DNA of 64,000 nt from Candidatus Geohabitans tengchongensis. Lineage in GTDB: Bacteria; Sysuimicrobiota; Sysuimicrobiia; Sysuimicrobiales; Humicultoraceae. Positions 39,813 to 49,543 of the stretch are shown piece after piece. Position 1 is the first letter of the stretch, and the number at the start of each line of letters is the position of its first letter. The notes under the pieces were generated by a model, which ran no database searches, had not been told where the DNA came from, and saw only the letters and a list, made by a program, of their open reading frames with translations. The stretch covers positions 11,800 through 75,799 of the forward strand of contig JAVKIH010000007.1 of the NCBI GenBank assembly GCA_031459625.1, written 5' to 3'. The position numbers and the translations under genes are program-made.

Positions 39813-40901
39813 TCAGCGGCCCCGCGGCGTCGGCTTGGGCGTCGGGGTCGGGGTCGGCGTCGGGGTCGGGGTCGGCGTCGGGGTCGGGGTCGGCGTCGGC
39901 CGCGGGGTCGGCGCAAGCGTGGGGGTGGGTGTCGGCGCCGGGGTCGGCCTGGGCGTCGGGGTGGGCGTCGGGGTGGGTTTGGGGCTCGGTGACGGGCTCG
40001 GTGTCGGCAGCGGGGTCGGTGGTGGCGGTGGCGGCGTGGGTCCCGGCGTGGGCGTCGGGGCCGGGGTGGGCGCCGGCGTCGGCGTCGGCTGGGGGGTCGG
40101 CGTGGGACTCGGTCGTGGCGTGGGGGTCGGTGTCGGCGCCGGGGTCGGGGTGGGAGGCGGGGTGGGCGTCGGCGTGGGGGTGGGCGTCGGGGTCGGCGTG
40201 GGGGTGGGCGCGCCGGCGCCGAGCGTCACGACCGGGCGCGGCGGCGGCGTGCCCGCCACCGGGGGAACAGGGATCCCGGGCGTGGCCACCGCGCGGCGGA
40301 GGAAGACATCGCTCTGCACCGCACCCTCCAGGAGCCCGGCCCCCTGGGCCGGCGCCAGCCCGGCGGGGCGCGTCAGCCGCAGGTCCACCTGGATGCGGAC
40401 GACGTTCAGGGGGATCGTGGTGGGCGCGTTCGCGGCGTCGAAGTAGCGGAAGACCACGTCGCTGACCTGCGTCGCCAGCACCGTGGTCGTCGTCGCGACG
40501 CCGCGCTCCTCCACGCGCTCGAGCTGCTGGCGGGCGGCGTTCAGCCGAAAGGTCACCCGGTAGGCGGTGCGGGTGAGCGGGTTGTCAGCGGGGATGGCGA
40601 GGGTGACGCAGTCGGGCGCGAGGGCCGGCGCCGGACAGGCCAGGGTGGCCACGTCCACGCCGGCGGCCCACCGGGCTTCCTGGGCGATGCGCGAGAGGCC
40701 GACGCGGGCCTGCTGCTGCACCTCCATGAAGGCCTCGTTCACACTCGCCGAGCGCAGCGACTCGCGCACCATCCCGTACAGCGACCCGACGACGATCACC
40801 AGGACGGCGATCCCCACGAGGACTTCGAGCAGGGTGACGCCGCGCGTGGCCCGCGGTGGCGGCCAGCGCCGCAGCGTGGGGATGGGACCGCGCCGGCGCA
40901 T
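39813..40901 (-). CDS. PilW-like minor pilin with very long Pro-Thr tail
   Basis: [16 protein letters not shown] motif, roughly 125-residue PT-rich tail. Confidence 0.82.
   Translation of the reverse strand: MRRRGPIPTLRRWPPPRATRGVTLLEVLVGIAVLVIVVGSLYGMVRESLRSASVNEAFMEVQQQARVGLSRIAQEARWAAGVDVATLACPAPALAPDCVTLAIPADNPLTRTAYRVTFRLNAARQQLERVEERGVATTTTVLATQVSDVVFRYFDAANAPTTIPLNVVRIQVDLRLTRPAGLAPAQGAGLLEGAVQSDVFLRRAVATPGIPVPPVAGTPPPRPVVTLGAGAPTPTPTPTPTPTPTPTPPPTPTPAPTPTPTPRPSPTPTPQPTPTPAPTPAPTPTPGPTPPPPPPTPLPTPSPSPSPKPTPTPTPTPRPTPAPTPTPTLAPTPRPTPTPTPTPTPTPTPTPTPTPKPTPRGR
39826..40209. repeat. (Pro-Thr)n-coding tandem repeat with perfect 18-bp units
   Basis: GTCGGGGTCGGGGTCGGC x3 at 39841-39894 within degenerate hexamer array. 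Confidence 0.9.
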
Positions 40902-40904
40902 GGG

Positions 40905-41540
40905 CTAGCGGTGGTACGCCCCCCGCAGGATGGCCGTCGTCATGCGCACGACGCAGATGGCCTCGTCGGGCAGGGCTGCAGGGTCGAGCTGGCAGGAGAC
41001 GTGCGGTGGGGGCCGGCGCGTTGTCCCCTCGCCCGGCACGGGACGGGCGCGGAAGTAGACCTCGACCGTCACCCAGCGGACCCGGTCGTCCACCGAGGGG
41101 TCCTCGTCGCGCGCGCAGTCCGGGGCGTAGGGGGAGGCGCCCGGGAGGCTCGGCTCGACGTTCCAGGCCGGCAGGAGGAGCGCCTCCTGGCCCGCCCGCG
41201 CCGTCACCGCCGCCTCGTTCACCAGGATCCGGTAGCTGTACGCCCCGAAGGGCGCCGCGAATGGGATCGGGGGATCGCTGGGGTTGGGCGGGGTGTTGGC
41301 GATGGCGCAGAAGGCGTTCCGCCAGCCCACGCGGGTCGTCTGGGCCTCCACCGACGTGCGCAGCTGCTCCAGTTGACGTGCCGCCAGTCCCGTCGCCACC
41401 GTCACGCTCCCGCCCTGGGCGGTGACGCTGAGGATCGTGAGGAAGGCCCGGGTGATCAGGAGGATGACGGCCGCCAGCAGCGACAGCGCCACCAGGATCT
41501 CGATGAGCGTAAATCCCCGCTGGCCTCTCATCCGGCCCAT
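40905..41540 (-). CDS. PilV-like minor pilin
   Basis: QRG|FTLIEILV; GGAGGGG RBS; paralog of 36435 gene. Confidence 0.85.
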   Translation of the reverse strand: MGRMRGQRGFTLIEILVALSLLAAVILLITRAFLTILSVTAQGGSVTVATGLAARQLEQLRTSVEAQTTRVGWRNAFCAIANTPPNPSDPPIPFAAPFGAYSYRILVNEAAVTARAGQEALLLPAWNVEPSLPGASPYAPDCARDEDPSVDDRVRWVTVEVYFRARPVPGEGTTRRPPPHVSCQLDPAALPDEAICVVRMTTAILRGAYHR

Positions 41541-41783
41541 CCCGGCTCCCCTCCCGAAGACCGTGCCCCGTTGGCGTGCGCTCCAGACCGTCCCCCGCGC
41601 TCCCCGAGGCGACATGCCCGGCCGGGGGAGGCCCGATCCGCACGCCGGCCGGGCTGCCGCCCGGTATGGGAAACGGCCGGTTCCGGTGGATTTTCCGGGG
41701 GTGGTCAGGCGTCTGTCCGTCCGCCGGATGGCGGCGCCCCTGGGCCCCACCAGGGCTGGGTGTGGTGACGATCCCCTCCGGCG

Positions 41784-43655
41784 TCACGGCGACCGCTGGG
41801 GCACGGGGATCTCCTGCCAGACCGGCTTGTCGTAGAGACTGTCGGGCGGGCGTCGCACCGCCGCGAAGCGCGCCGACCGCGGCAGGGCCGGGGGGGTCCG
41901 GTCCTGCAGCCGCCTGTCGTGGCGGATCACCCGGGCGTACCCCCGCCGCAGGTCCGCCAGGGGGTCGAAGGATCCCACCGGGCCAAAGGTGGCCTGCACG
42001 ATGCCGCCCAGCAAGTGGAAGGTCCCGCGGTCCTCCACCGTGTCGTGCCCGTCCACGGCGAAGCGGCCACGGGGGGCGAGCACCACCGCATCGACGTAGA
42101 GGTCGCGGGGCGCCTCGGCCCCGTCCACCAGCACGCTGCCCGTCGTGCTGTAGAGCGCCAGGAGGTTCACCGCCTCGCCCCCCCGCCCGGGCGGCTCGGC
42201 GTAGACCAGGTGGTCCACCAGACGGATGTCGCCCGAGGCGGCGATGGTCAGGACGCTGTCGCGGTGCACCGTTCCCGACAGGCCCCTGATCGCCCCTTCG
42301 ACGAAGACGACCCCGTTGGGACGGCCCCGGTAGGTGCGGCCGGCCCCGGCGCGCTCGCCCTGGCCGACCCGCACCTCTTCCGCGGCCCAGTCGATCTCCA
42401 CGCGCCAGACCGGCGACCGTCCCTCGGCCAGCCGCAGCAGGATCACCTGGCGGGGGCCCTCGGCGGCCAGCACCATGCGCTCCACGTCGCCGCGGATGTA
42501 GAGCCCGCCCGGCCGCCGCGTGTCCGGGTGACGCACCGAGACGCCGTCGTTGGCCACGAGCACCGCGCCACGCGCGCCGGCCTGGTCGGCGGTCGCGCGC
42601 TGGATGTCGGCGTCGACCGGGTCGGGCCCCTCGGGGTCGAGCCCCAGGGCCGCGCGCGCCGGCTTCGGCGGGCTGTCCGGGAAGGCCACGCGCGAGACGC
42701 CCAGGTGTGGCTGCCCGCCCCGGTACACCGGGTGGTCGCCCGCACAGCTCCCGCTCCTGGGATTGTCGGCCTGCCGCAGGCTCACCGGCGCGCCGCAGTT
42801 GCCGAAGCGGATCGTGGGCGCCGCGCTGCTCACCGGGCCCCCGAAGACCGGCGCCCCCCAGATCCACCACTCCCCGTTGGTGTGCGCGGGGCCGTCCACC
42901 ACGGTGCCGTCGGTGAGCCAGGTCTCTGAGGTGTCCAGCAGCAGGAGCGCCCACCGCGCCAGGCTGGCCCGCTCCAGTAGGAGTTCCACCGGCCGGTCGG
43001 GCGGGCTGCTCAGGCGCACGCCGCGCCGCGCCCCCCCGGCCGACCCCACGGAGAGGACCTCGTAGTGGACGAAGAACCGGTAGCGTTCCTCCGCCTCGGC
43101 GCCGGACCGGCATTCCGGCGGTGGCGCGTCACCGCCGGCGGAACGGACCCGGACCGCGGCGGTGAACGTGCCGACCTCTCGCCCGTCCCGGCCCAGCGCC
43201 GCGATGGGTCGTCCGCCGCCCAGCGCCAGCACCGCCTCACTGCGGCCGGGATCGGCCCCCCAGTCGCTGGGACCCTCGAAGTGGGCAAACTCCGCCACGA
43301 CCATGGCGCCCTGGTCGGATGCGCACCACGCCGCCAGTACGTCACCTATCGCCGTGGCCAGACGGGCGTCGAGCTGCACGGCGAGGCGGTGGCGCAGCTC
43401 CGCCAGGGCACGGTAGGCCCCGGCCTCGGCCAGGAAGAGGGCCTGGGCCCCGCGCAATTGCCCGCTGGAGAGGGCCGTCTCGCTCATCGTCGCCACCACG
43501 AGCGCGCCGACCAGCAGCGTGACGATGAGGATGACCCCCAGCACGGTGACGAAGATGACCCCGTCCTCCCGCCCCAGCGGGCCTCCCCGGCCGGAGGTCA
43601 GCCGCATGCGCAGCGCCGCACCTCGCACCGGGGCGGGACGGGTGTGCCGGGGCAT
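41784..43655 (-). CDS. Large PilX-like tip pilin (ComZ/DUF4900-like), paralog 1
   Basis: [47 protein letters not shown]. Confidence 0.8.
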   Translation of the reverse strand: MPRHTRPAPVRGAALRMRLTSGRGGPLGREDGVIFVTVLGVILIVTLLVGALVVATMSETALSSGQLRGAQALFLAEAGAYRALAELRHRLAVQLDARLATAIGDVLAAWCASDQGAMVVAEFAHFEGPSDWGADPGRSEAVLALGGGRPIAALGRDGREVGTFTAAVRVRSAGGDAPPPECRSGAEAEERYRFFVHYEVLSVGSAGGARRGVRLSSPPDRPVELLLERASLARWALLLLDTSETWLTDGTVVDGPAHTNGEWWIWGAPVFGGPVSSAAPTIRFGNCGAPVSLRQADNPRSGSCAGDHPVYRGGQPHLGVSRVAFPDSPPKPARAALGLDPEGPDPVDADIQRATADQAGARGAVLVANDGVSVRHPDTRRPGGLYIRGDVERMVLAAEGPRQVILLRLAEGRSPVWRVEIDWAAEEVRVGQGERAGAGRTYRGRPNGVVFVEGAIRGLSGTVHRDSVLTIAASGDIRLVDHLVYAEPPGRGGEAVNLLALYSTTGSVLVDGAEAPRDLYVDAVVLAPRGRFAVDGHDTVEDRGTFHLLGGIVQATFGPVGSFDPLADLRRGYARVIRHDRRLQDRTPPALPRSARFAAVRRPPDSLYDKPVWQEIPVPQRSP

Positions 43656-43659
43656 GGAA

Positions 43660-44496
43660 TCAGCGCGGGTAGCCGGCGGGCGCGTGGGTGGGGGCGGGGG
43701 CGGGTCGCTCCTCCGTGGAAGCGGTCTCGTCCTCCGGCACGGCCTCGCCCGAGCCTGGCGGCCGCTCTCCCCTAGCCCGGGCGGAGGGCTGCGCTCGGTC
43801 ATCGGCGGTGAGCGCCGTCACGGGCCGAGGGGTGGGCCGCCAGGAGAGATCCCGTCCGGGTTCACCGGCGAGCGGCTCGGTCGGAACGGGCGAGGGGAGC
43901 TCCGCCACCCCGACGTTGCGGAGGAGGATGTCGGCCGGTGTGGTCCTGCGCACGCCCCTCCCGCCGGGGGAGGCCGTGGTCACCTCGACCTGCAGGCGGG
44001 CCACCTCGCGGGCGTGGGCGGGCTGCCCACCCTGCGCGGTCAGGTACCGGAAGGTGAGCTGGGCGACGCCGGAGGCGAGCACCGCCTCCTGGCCGTCCTG
44101 GCGGCGCACCACCTCCTGGCGCCGCGGGTCGTACCGGAACTCCACCCCGTAGGGGCGGCCCGGACGGATGGGATTGGCGGCGGGGATGCGCAGCGCCACC
44201 CGGTCGGGGCACAGGCCGGTTGCCCCGCACCCGGCGAGAGGCAGGATCGCTTCCGCCCACCGGACTTCCTCGCCCAGCCGCTCGGCCACGAGGCGCCCCG
44301 CCTGCTGGGCATCCAGGGCATCCTCCACCAGTCCAAAGGACTGCATGGCGGTGAGGACCAGGCCGTAGACCCCCGCCAGGGCGACGGCCACGACGGCCAG
44401 GCCGACGACGATCTCGATGAGGGTGTAGCCGGCATCGCTCCCGGAGCGCTCGGCGTCGCCTCGGTCGAGTTCGCAGCCCCGGCGCATGGCGGGCAT
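43660..44496 (-). CDS. PilW-like minor pilin (no PT array)
   Basis: AG|YTLIEIVV, EEVRWAE, CPDRV..IP..NP shared with paralogs. Confidence 0.82.
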   Translation of the reverse strand: MPAMRRGCELDRGDAERSGSDAGYTLIEIVVGLAVVAVALAGVYGLVLTAMQSFGLVEDALDAQQAGRLVAERLGEEVRWAEAILPLAGCGATGLCPDRVALRIPAANPIRPGRPYGVEFRYDPRRQEVVRRQDGQEAVLASGVAQLTFRYLTAQGGQPAHAREVARLQVEVTTASPGGRGVRRTTPADILLRNVGVAELPSPVPTEPLAGEPGRDLSWRPTPRPVTALTADDRAQPSARARGERPPGSGEAVPEDETASTEERPAPAPTHAPAGYPR

Positions 44497-44701
44497 ATCC
44501 CCTCCTGACGCGGCCGGTCTCTGGGCGCACGCAGGAGCCCGGAGTGGCGGGGATGGGGAACCGTGGAGGGAGCGTAGCACGGGACCTTCCTTAAACCTAC
44601 TACCGGATCAGCCAGAACCCTCCTCCCCCCCGGCCCCGGTCCTGGCGGAATCCCGGTCCCGTTCCGGCGTATCCTCAGGACAACGGCCTCCGGAGCCGAG
44701 C

Positions 44702-44731
44702 GAGGGACGCGTGGAGGAGGGACGCGTGGAG
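44702..44731 (+). repeat. 15-bp perfect tandem duplication spanning RBS and GTG
   Basis: GAGGGACGCGTGGAG x2. Confidence 0.9.
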
Positions 44732-45988
44732 ACCGGCGAGGTCGCGGAGGAGACGAGGGAGGCGCTGAGGGAGCCCTCACACGCGCTCGAACGCAGGAGC
44801 CGCGGGCGGCCCGCCGGCTCCGCGGCGCAGGTGGACGCGCGCCGCACAGCGGCAGAAACCTTGCTCGTCTTCGCCGCCGTCCTGGCCGTCTACCTGGCCG
44901 CTACGCCCCGGACGAACCAGGCCTACCGCCACTTCGTCTACCAGGCGGACGCCTTCCTCCACGGCCACGTCGACCTGCGCGGCCTCCCGGCGTACTACCA
45001 CGACGTCGTCCACCTGGATGGGAAGGTCTACGCCCCCTTCCCCCCGGTGCCGGCCGTCCTCCTCCTCCCTCTGGTGGCGGTGGTGGGGACGGACCTGGAC
45101 CAGGGGCGGGTCGGGCAGGTATTGGCCGCGCTCGCCGTCGCCGTCTTCACGGCGGGGCTGCGCCGGCTGGGACTGCCCCGGGCGGTGCGCCTGTGCACCG
45201 CGGCGGCGCTGGCCTTCGGGAGCGTGCTGTGGCCTGCCACGGCCATCGGCACGACCTGGTTCTTCGCCCAGGTGGTCGTGGTGCTGGCGGCGGCGGCGCT
45301 GGTCTGGGAGCTGGCCGGGCCGGCTCGAGGCGCGGTGGCAGGTGCACTCCTGGCGGCAGCCTGGCTGAGCCGGGTGAGCCTGCTCCCGGCAGCGCCGGCG
45401 GTAGCCCTGTGCCTCTGGACCCGCCACCGCCGGCCTACAGCCCTGTGGGCCTTCGCCGCGGTGCAGGTCGTGGGGCTCCTCATCTATCTGGCCTTCAACC
45501 AGGCCCGTTTCGGGGACCCCCTGCAGCTCGGGTACCGCCTCCTCTCGATGGGGGCGCCCAACGCGGAGGCGGTGGCGCGGTGGGGCTTCTTCAACGTGCG
45601 CTACATCCCCCACCACCTCTACGCCATGTTCCTCCAGGGGCCGGAACTGATGGAGGGACCTCCCTTCCTCCGCCCCTCCCCATGGGGCCTCGCCTTGATC
45701 TTCACGAGCCCGCTCGCGGCGCGGCTCCTCTTCACGCCGCCACCCCCGGAGGTCTGGTGGCCGTGGGGCGCTGTCGTCCTCTCGCTCGTGCTGCCGATGC
45801 TGGCCTACTTCTCGGTGGGGTGGGTGCAGTTCGGGTACCGCTACAGTCTGGACTGGTGGGTCTTCCTGCTGGTGCCGCTGGCCTACGCGCTGCGGCCCGC
45901 GCCACGCGTGGTGGACTACCTGCTGCTCGCCGCCGGGATCGCCATGAACGCGCTCGGCGTCTACTGGGTGCAACGGCTGGGGTGGTGA
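44711..45988 (+). CDS. Polytopic membrane protein, probable GT-C glycosyltransferase (start uncertain)
   Basis: Many TM segments; QADAFL.G, Y.PFPP.PA, N.ARFGDP, QFGYRY..D. Confidence 0.65.
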   Translation: MEEGRVETGEVAEETREALREPSHALERRSRGRPAGSAAQVDARRTAAETLLVFAAVLAVYLAATPRTNQAYRHFVYQADAFLHGHVDLRGLPAYYHDVVHLDGKVYAPFPPVPAVLLLPLVAVVGTDLDQGRVGQVLAALAVAVFTAGLRRLGLPRAVRLCTAAALAFGSVLWPATAIGTTWFFAQVVVVLAAAALVWELAGPARGAVAGALLAAAWLSRVSLLPAAPAVALCLWTRHRRPTALWAFAAVQVVGLLIYLAFNQARFGDPLQLGYRLLSMGAPNAEAVARWGFFNVRYIPHHLYAMFLQGPELMEGPPFLRPSPWGLALIFTSPLAARLLFTPPPPEVWWPWGAVVLSLVLPMLAYFSVGWVQFGYRYSLDWWVFLLVPLAYALRPAPRVVDYLLLAAGIAMNALGVYWVQRLGW

Positions 45989-47286
45989 GCGTGACCGGGA
46001 GTCCGGCCGGCCCCGGCCTCGTGGCGGACCCGCTCCCCGAGCCACCCGAGCGCCTCCCTGCGGCGTCGGCGCAGGCGCGCCGTCTGTGGGTGTGGCTGGC
46101 GGTGGCCGCGGCCCTGCGCGTGGCCATCCTGCCGCACGGGGGCTTCCCGTCGGACATCGCCTCCTTCAAGGCGTGGGCGGCCACGCTGGCCGAGCACGGG
46201 CCCCGCGGCTTCTACGGCCGGGGGTTTGCCGACTACCTGCCCGGCTACCTGTACGTGCTGTGGGGCGTGGGTGAGCTGACGGCCGCCCTCCGCCTCAACG
46301 ACGCCGCTGCGCTCGTCCTGCTGAAGCTCCCCGCCGCGCTCGCCGACCTCCTCGGTGCGGCGGTGGTGCTGCGGCTCGCCCGCCGCGTCCTGCCGGAGGC
46401 GGGCGCGGTGACCGTGGCCGTCCTCTACCTCCTCCACCCCGCGCTGCTCTTCACGACGGCCTACTGGGGACAGGCCGACAGCGTGGGCGGGCTCCTGGGG
46501 GCGGCCGCCCTGTGGCTGGCGCTCCAGGGCCATCTGCTGGCGTGGAGCGTGGCGGCGCTGGCCGTCCTGGCCAAGCCGCAGACCGCACCGCTGCTGGGCG
46601 TGATGGGGGTCCTGCTGCTGCGCCGGGCGCTGTGGCCGCCCGAGCGTCCTCCCGCATTCCGGCCGCAGCCCGGCCCCGTCGCCGCGGCCCTCCCCCTCTT
46701 CCTGGCCACGGCCGTGCTGGTCGCCGCCCCCTTCGGGGTCGGCCTGCTCGGCCTGCTCCACCTCCTGCGCAGTGCCGCCGAGGTCTACCCCTACGGGAGC
46801 GTCATGGCCTTCAACCTGTGGGGGGCCGTGCAGGGGTTCTGGCAGAGCGACCTCGCGCCGGTGGCGGGCTGGCCGCCGCTGCAATGGGGGATCGCGCTCA
46901 CCGCGGTGGCGCAGGCCGTGGTGCTGTGGGCGGTGTGGCGCCGTCCCGACGAGCGCACCGTGGTGACCGGTGCCGCCACGGCGCTCACGGCCGCCTTCCT
47001 CCTCCCCACGCGGATCCACGAGCGCTATCTTCTGCCGGCCCTCCCCTTCCTGCTGGTGGCGGGGGCGGCCGACCGGCGCGTCCGGCTCCCCGCCGGGCTC
47101 CTCAGCCTCGTCCTGACGCTGAACCTGCTCTACGCCTACACCCGTCCCTACCTGCAGACGGTGACGCTGCCGGGGTGGCTGGAGGCCACACTCTTCAGCC
47201 CGCCGGCCACCCGGGTCCTCAGCGCCCTGGCGGCAGCGACCCTGCCGCTCCTGCTGCGGGCGCTCGTCCTCCCGCCGCGCTCCTGA
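45985..47286 (+). CDS. GT-C membrane glycosyltransferase (mannosyltransferase-like)
   Basis: D...F..W, DYLPGYLY, KLPA..AD, WGQADS, KPQ, HERY motifs; many TMs. Confidence 0.75.
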   Translation: MSVTGSPAGPGLVADPLPEPPERLPAASAQARRLWVWLAVAAALRVAILPHGGFPSDIASFKAWAATLAEHGPRGFYGRGFADYLPGYLYVLWGVGELTAALRLNDAAALVLLKLPAALADLLGAAVVLRLARRVLPEAGAVTVAVLYLLHPALLFTTAYWGQADSVGGLLGAAALWLALQGHLLAWSVAALAVLAKPQTAPLLGVMGVLLLRRALWPPERPPAFRPQPGPVAAALPLFLATAVLVAAPFGVGLLGLLHLLRSAAEVYPYGSVMAFNLWGAVQGFWQSDLAPVAGWPPLQWGIALTAVAQAVVLWAVWRRPDERTVVTGAATALTAAFLLPTRIHERYLLPALPFLLVAGAADRRVRLPAGLLSLVLTLNLLYAYTRPYLQTVTLPGWLEATLFSPPATRVLSALAAATLPLLLRALVLPPRS

Positions 47287-47965
47287 GCTGCCAGTACAGG
47301 CGGAACAGGTCGTAGAAGGCCCGCAGGATCACCCGGAGCCGTCCGCCGGTCTGGCGCCCGGCCCGCCGCGGCCGGTGGGAGACCGGGACCTCGGCGAACC
47401 GCGCCCCGGCCCGTCGCGCCCGGGCCAGCAGTTCGGCCGTCATGAAGGCGCCGCGCGACTCCAGCGGCAGCGCGCGCACCAGGTCGCCGCGCAGCAGCTT
47501 GAACGCGCAGTTCACGTCCCGCACCCGCACGTCCAGCAGCGCCGCCATGAGCCGCCGCCACAGCGCGGCGAACCAGCGGCGGTGGAGCGGGTCGGCGCGG
47601 TGGACGCGGTAGCCCAGGACAAAGTCCGCGCCCTCGCCGGCGGCGGCGAGCAGCCGCGGCAGCTCCGCCGGGACGAACTGCCCGTCGGCGTCCATCAGGA
47701 GGATCCAGGTCCCGCGGGAGGCGGCGAAGCCCGTGCGCACCGCCGCACCGTACCCCTGGTTGCGAGCGTGGCGCAGCAGGTGCACCCGCGGGTCAGCGCG
47801 CCCCAGGGCCTGGGCCGCGGCCGTCGTCCCGTCGGTGGAGCCGTCGTCGACGATGAGCACCTCGTAGGACCGCCCGGTGGCCGCCAGCGCGGCGGTGAGC
47901 TCGCGCACCGTGCGCTCGAGGTTGGCCGCCTCGTTGAAGGCGGGGAGGACGGCGCTCAGATCCAC
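47219..47965 (-). CDS. GT2 polyprenol-phosphate glycosyltransferase (DPM1-like)
   Basis: PAFNE, VDDGSTD, N.GYG.A, MDADGQF, DVNCAFK. Confidence 0.88.
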   Translation of the reverse strand: MDLSAVLPAFNEAANLERTVRELTAALAATGRSYEVLIVDDGSTDGTTAAAQALGRADPRVHLLRHARNQGYGAAVRTGFAASRGTWILLMDADGQFVPAELPRLLAAAGEGADFVLGYRVHRADPLHRRWFAALWRRLMAALLDVRVRDVNCAFKLLRGDLVRALPLESRGAFMTAELLARARRAGARFAEVPVSHRPRRAGRQTGGRLRVILRAFYDLFRLYWQLRSAAGGRAPAAGAAGSLPPGR

Positions 47966-49164
47966 GTCCCGAACCACATCAGCCGCTGGAAGCGCGCCTG
48001 GGCCAGGGGCAGTGCCGACAGCAGTGGGTAGTAGGCGACGAACCACAGGGCGGCCGCAGCCAGGTAGAGGCCCACGACGGCCGGTCCGGCCCGCGCGCGC
48101 CCGCGGGCCAGGGTCAACGCCAGGGCCAGCACCATGAACGGCAGGGCGGGGAGCATGTGGTAGAGGAAGAGCGCCCGGCCGATGAAGACGTACGGGAGGT
48201 AGCTGGCCAGGAATCCGGCCAGGACGAAGGTGCCGGCCGGTGTGCGACGGCGTACCGTCTCCCACCCCAGGAGGAGGAAGGCGGGCAGCGCCGCCCACCA
48301 CACCACCACGTTGCCGAGCGCGATGATGCCGCGCACCTGCCCGCCGCCCAGGTCCTGGTAGTCGTACCAGATCGGCCGCACCAGCAGGGGCCACGACCAC
48401 CACGCCGACTGGTACGGGTGCGTGGCGGTGAGCCCGGCGTGGAAGCGGAACATCCAGACGTGGAAGCGCGCCCACTCCCCGAGGTCGTGCCCGCGCAGGA
48501 AGTAGGGGGTCCAGGCCAGGAGGTAGACGAGGAGCGGCACAAGGCCGTAGGCCCCGGCCAGGTGGGCCCAGTGCCGCCGTGGCAGGCGCGCCCACCCCTG
48601 CCACAGCAGCAGCGCCAGGAAGAGCGGGATCACCCCGAGCGGGGCCGCCCCTGTCCACTTCGTGGCCACGCTCATCCCCGCGGCCGCCCCCGAGAGGTAC
48701 AGCCACCCGACCCGGCCCGACCGCAGGTAGCGCCAGAACGCCCAGTAGGCGGCGACGAGGAAGGTGACGAGGAAGATGTCCGGCTTGGCGATGCGGCTCT
48801 CCACGAAGGCCAGACCGTCCAGGGCCAGCAGCACCGCCGCCATGGCTGCGGTGGACGCGCTGCCGGTGACCTCGCGGGCCAGGAGGAAGACGAGGAGCAC
48901 GAGCAGGGTCCCGCTCACCGCGGGGGCCAGCCGCCACCCCAGCGACCGGTCGCCGGCCACCGCCATGCCGGCGGCGATGAGGAGCTTGCTCATGGGCGGG
49001 TGGGTGATCTCTTCGGTGATCTCCTGCCCGGCCAGGTACTGGCGTGCCGCCTTGGCGTAGTAGATCTCGTCGAAGATCATGGCGGGCGGCTCGGCGAGGC
49101 GGAAGGCGCGGACGCCGCCGGCGAAGAGCAAGACGGCGGCGAGCAGGACCAGGGGACGCGACAC
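47956..49164 (-). CDS. Protein O-mannosyltransferase-like (PMT/GT39)
   Basis: FDEIYY, HPPMSK, GWRL, SRIA..D, KW, HPYQS.WWSWP..RP, GN.VVWW, FLYH. Confidence 0.85.
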   Translation of the reverse strand: MSRPLVLLAAVLLFAGGVRAFRLAEPPAMIFDEIYYAKAARQYLAGQEITEEITHPPMSKLLIAAGMAVAGDRSLGWRLAPAVSGTLLVLLVFLLAREVTGSASTAAMAAVLLALDGLAFVESRIAKPDIFLVTFLVAAYWAFWRYLRSGRVGWLYLSGAAAGMSVATKWTGAAPLGVIPLFLALLLWQGWARLPRRHWAHLAGAYGLVPLLVYLLAWTPYFLRGHDLGEWARFHVWMFRFHAGLTATHPYQSAWWSWPLLVRPIWYDYQDLGGGQVRGIIALGNVVVWWAALPAFLLLGWETVRRRTPAGTFVLAGFLASYLPYVFIGRALFLYHMLPALPFMVLALALTLARGRARAGPAVVGLYLAAAALWFVAYYPLLSALPLAQARFQRLMWFGTWI

Positions 49165-49200
49165 CGACTTGGGTACGGAGGTGAGCGGCTCGATTGTCCC

Positions 49201-49461
49201 TCAGGACGGCGGGCTGTCAGGCGGCAGCGCCTGCCCGTGGACGACCCGCCAGACCCCGGCCGCCCGCGCCACGTCGTGCTCGTCCACCACCGCAGAGACT
49301 TCGGCCACGAGGTATCCCTCGGCATCCCGCACCCGCAGGCGCCCGCGCACGACCACATCGGCGAACAGCAGGGCCTGGAGGTCGGGGAGGGGCACCTGCC
49401 GGCGTTCGGCCTCGTGGGCCAGAGCAGCCTCTAACCTGTCGACACGGGCATCCAGCGCCAT
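49201..49461 (-). pseudogene. Internally deleted paralog of the 52446 coiled-coil/nuclease-like gene (ORF still open)
   Basis: Shares ARVDRLEAAL, ADVV.RGR, YL.AEVS.V.D..DV.RAA, GVWRV but lacks two long internal blocks. Confidence 0.65.
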
Positions 49462-49478
49462 GGCGGATCTCCGGGCCC

Positions 49479-49507
49479 ATCCTAGAAGTGGGGGCTGGGG
49501 GTGTCAA
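49479..49507 (-). promoter_or_regulatory. Near-consensus sigma-70 promoter
   Basis: Minus strand TTGACA-N17-TAGGAT. Confidence 0.75.
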
Positions 49508-49543
49508 ATGAGCTCGACGATGCGCTATGCGAACCGTCGAGGA

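Noticed and set aside
35521..40209. Repeat arrays as CRISPR, or as a G-quadruplex antigenic-variation signal
   Set aside because: No unique spacers or cas genes; the G-runs are explained by Pro codons in a GC-rich genome.
39835..40446. Gly-Val repeat ORF on + strand (likewise within 33737-35986)
   Set aside because: Antisense shadow of the (Pro-Thr)n tail of a prepilin gene.
33512..43655. Diversity-generating retroelement or shufflon behind the paralogous tip genes
   Set aside because: No reverse transcriptase, recombinase or near-identical template/variable repeats seen; all cassettes share one orientation and are well diverged.
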